This document shows, in pieces, positions 62,401 through 64,000 of a stretch of 64,000 nt of DNA. Origin of the DNA: a virus (lineage: Duplodnaviria > Heunggongvirae > Uroviricota > Caudoviricetes); IMG/VR virus record IMGVR_UViG_2778261164_000001, positions 1 to 64,000 of that record, one strand, 5' to 3'. Both the position numbers and the translations under genes were made by a program. The number at the start of each line of letters is the position of its first letter. Position 1 is the first letter of the stretch. The notes under the pieces are model-generated. The model had not been told where the DNA came from. It did not search any database and was given only the letters and a program-made list of their open reading frames with translations.

Positions 62401-64000
62401 CCAGCTGCTGCACCGCATCGGCGTACTCCGGCAGGAAACGATAGGTGATCCGGCGATAGTACAGGTCCATGTCAGTACATACGCGGTCCATATCCCTGAT
62501 TATTGAGAAGATCGGACGGGCTTTCTCGTGCTCAATCACGCCGTCTTCATTGACCGAGGACGTTACGCCATTGTTGGCTTTGGCTGCCGCTTCCGCCTGC
62601 TGACGCAATTCTTCATACGCCGCCAGTTGTTCTTCAGTAAGTGGTGCATCCTGCTGGTGTTCGTCCAGCTCCGGGATCTCCACGGTATCCTTAACGTCTT
62701 CCGCCGTTTTAAGCGTTACCCAGCGATGGAATATACCGCGCAGCGCATCAAGGTTTTCAAAGCCCACCAGCGCCATTTTTTCTTCAACTTCACCGCTGAT
62801 TTTCTGTACCGTTTCCAGCCTGGTCTTGCCGAAGAATTTAACGAAGTCATCAGGACTGTAGATCCCCATCTTCTGCCAGTATTCCTTCGGCAGAACATGA
62901 GAAAGCATGTTGTATGCATCGATCGGGGTGTTAACGACTGGCGTTGCAGTCAGGAGAACCGGTCCGCGCCCGCCATTCTTTTTCATCAGGTACGCGTTTT
63001 TGATTGCCATATCTCGCGCCGATTGCGCCACCGCGCTGGTGGGCAGATAGGCCAACTGTGACGCTTCGCGACCATTTTTATAGCTATTGCGGTAGTTGTG
63101 GCCTTCGTCAACGATCACGCTATCGAAGCCCATATCCTCAAAGTACGGATACTTATCTGATTTTTCGGTGCCGGTATCTGAATACTCCGACAATATACGG
63201 CGACGCGCGGCCTCTTTGCGGTGGGAGTCGGAGTCCATTGCGCTGGCTACACGCCCGGCGGCAACAAAGTCCAAAAGCATATCTTGAGCATGCTCATCTA
63301 CGGTTTCATCGCGTAGAGGAAGGCGGAAGTATTGTTCTTTGGTGAGCACTACAGCACGGTAATTTGAGTGCGGGATAGCGTTTATCCGCGCCGTGATAGT
63401 GGCTTCATCAGCCAGCTTAAGGGCATCGCGCATAACGGGAGTGCCATCTGCACCAACGACAGGTTTACCGTTCTCATCGAGTACCGGCACCTGGCGAATC
63501 TGATCGCCATCCATCAGCACATCAAGACCGACAAACAGGTAGTTACTGAATGCCTCTTCACTCAGGAACTCTTTTGCCTCGTAATACCAGTTTTCCAGCA
63601 CTGATTTAGGTACTACATACAAAGTTCTGGTTGATCGGCCATTCTCATAGTTGAACGCCTCAAGCGCCAGCGCGGTCGTCGTTTTACCCAGCCCGGTGCC
63701 GAAGCCCAGGATGCCGCGCCCATCTTCGGACAGTCGGCGTACCTCGCTATTCTGGTAATCAAATGGCTGGCGCTTACCGCTTAATCCCTTCAACCCAAGC
63801 GGATCGCCAGAGTGTTCATACGGGATATTGCTATTGAACACATCGTTGTATTTGGCAACCAGTTCATCGTAGCGATCGTGCGTCTTGATCCACTTATTGA
63901 ACTGGTCCTCAAGCAGTGCCATCTGCTCGCGGTAGCCGTTCGCCGTCGCGCTATCTTTGCCACCGATACGCGCACCATTGAGATACTTTTCCAGCTGTGC
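59495..64000 (-). CDS. darB: DarB-like SF2 helicase protein, partial (N-terminal part beyond window end)
   Basis: Frame stays open through the window end upstream of the listed ATG at 63922; helicase motifs GTGLGKTT, DEGH and QRNGRGARVG. Confidence 0.75.
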   Translation of the reverse strand, partial: AQLEKYLNGARIGGKDSATANGYREQMALLEDQFNKWIKTHDRYDELVAKYNDVFNSNIPYEHSGDPLGLKGLSGKRQPFDYQNSEVRRLSEDGRGILGFGTGLGKTTTALALEAFNYENGRSTRTLYVVPKSVLENWYYEAKEFLSEEAFSNYLFVGLDVLMDGDQIRQVPVLDENGKPVVGADGTPVMRDALKLADEATITARINAIPHSNYRAVVLTKEQYFRLPLRDETVDEHAQDMLLDFVAAGRVASAMDSDSHRKEAARRRILSEYSDTGTEKSDKYPYFEDMGFDSVIVDEGHNYRNSYKNGREASQLAYLPTSAVAQSARDMAIKNAYLMKKNGGRGPVLLTATPVVNTPIDAYNMLSHVLPKEYWQKMGIYSPDDFVKFFGKTRLETVQKISGEVEEKMALVGFENLDALRGIFHRWVTLKTAEDVKDTVEIPELDEHQQDAPLTEEQLAAYEELRQQAEAAAKANNGVTSSVNEDGVIEHEKARPIFSIIRDMDRVCTDMDLYYRRITYRFLPEYADAVQQLADSLPKQATSEDDDSDDSITQQSQYSLIDKGEFIQLQVPEAFEQEVNKRLANFGIDEQTVTHPVTPKYAKLIATLKEFFPEGKQIIFTDEKTQHQKLKRIICNALNLEPSKVGILNAQTVAEAGKTGKKLKAVKPPKELPDEPTDAQIAKYNEQMALYDAYIAQQNEMSLGGLEKIAADFQEGRTPIIICNKKAEVGINLHRGTTDIHHLTLPWTPASIAQRNGRGARVGSNRASVRVHYYCGKGSFDEYRLKTLKRKAGWISDILRSDKSEMENADANDMIEMQMYTAKDDGERLAMMQVQMDKAKAAQRARQKEQATIDLQNYIKAQHAAGEDVEVLTAELERSKAELEKTTAEVAKFKQAVKAKAADNADWKARWGSVHHTDRTLLAQYRASLKSAIQRKANISQAISRYEKLLNRTQKAATDIKRLRPLVEDAINKGILDVDPDLVNHASEFLVIGDRSWRVGQYYDCAGDIVRIKSLDFDSQRADVEIIFTFKGTKSGNWDVKTLDKQVDVTPDEDAVMQKISGGVSIAGINDIISCDDFYRFQQRGMIKITDSYGVQTTESGYSIDFVGTYTDPLKHAVYPDRRDGALKSSIAKWVLSMMSEGNNRQIRSAETFLVELFGSNYGDVIASYGDTLSPEAIQEKIADAIARMPEKTSQGATRNGDSELEVTNAIFGTNEFRASDYEITTAQFGTIGIYSNKDEIKQAMDAASARIAAERKANLNHAVAVLTQSWVTAIREAATTGKITPAIADVVNDGSKFMDAYKMDAVQLPSAYGQLSYRMTYNLVSMFTDLAILGLVDLNEVTPELLSMRKNHVEILHRINTVLSGRTDEEKQADADRINLALGNISEEEIAARNEKQEELSSIQGDATSIAQSLGLNYRVSTADLKMMYAPKFAAGEVFGLQEASGMKGILFRAKDAIKAKFGARWLPAKAKNSDFPGNWWIIETKHNVADVLAVIQQYA

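Overview
The window reads as about 64 kb of a P1-like (Punavirus-type) temperate phage-plasmid, identified by an exact 34-bp loxP site next to cre. All assignments rest on reading the six-frame translations and sequence motifs by eye; no database search, GC calculation or RNA folding was run, and intergenic site coordinates may be off by 1-2 bp. Order along the + strand: an AT-rich cassette of secreted proteins (1-1540); the immI region (C1 operator, candidate c4 RNA, icd, ant); the kilA-repL lytic replicon; a hok/mok-like toxin locus; a minus-strand structural operon (head-like protein, tail sheath, tube); the parS-parB-parA partition module; the plasmid replicon (incA iterons, repA, oriR); spanin-like and PAAR-like genes; uhr, hrdC (RdgC-like) and the dmt methyltransferase; a tRNA cluster (Asn, Thr, Ile2, plus a possible Ser-like tRNA) among conserved hairpins; plp, ban (DnaB-like) and dbn; a minus-strand baseplate operon; a long plus-strand block of small accessory genes (TraR-like, VRR-NUC, ppp phosphatase, HAD phosphatase); humD, phd-doc, lpa, pacA (with pac site), pacB, c1, coi, loxP, cre, cra, ref and mat; then a single PIN-like gene, lxc, ulx and a truncated darB-like helicase. 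C1 operator-like 17-mers (ATTGCTCTAATAAATTT) recur at operon starts. The strongest candidate for an undescribed system is the AT-rich PIN-like gene (57764-58714) sitting where P1 carries its res-mod restriction system. Secondary candidates are the secreted-protein cassette at the sim position, the hok/mok-like toxin locus and a C1-operator-gated structured noncoding segment after dmt.
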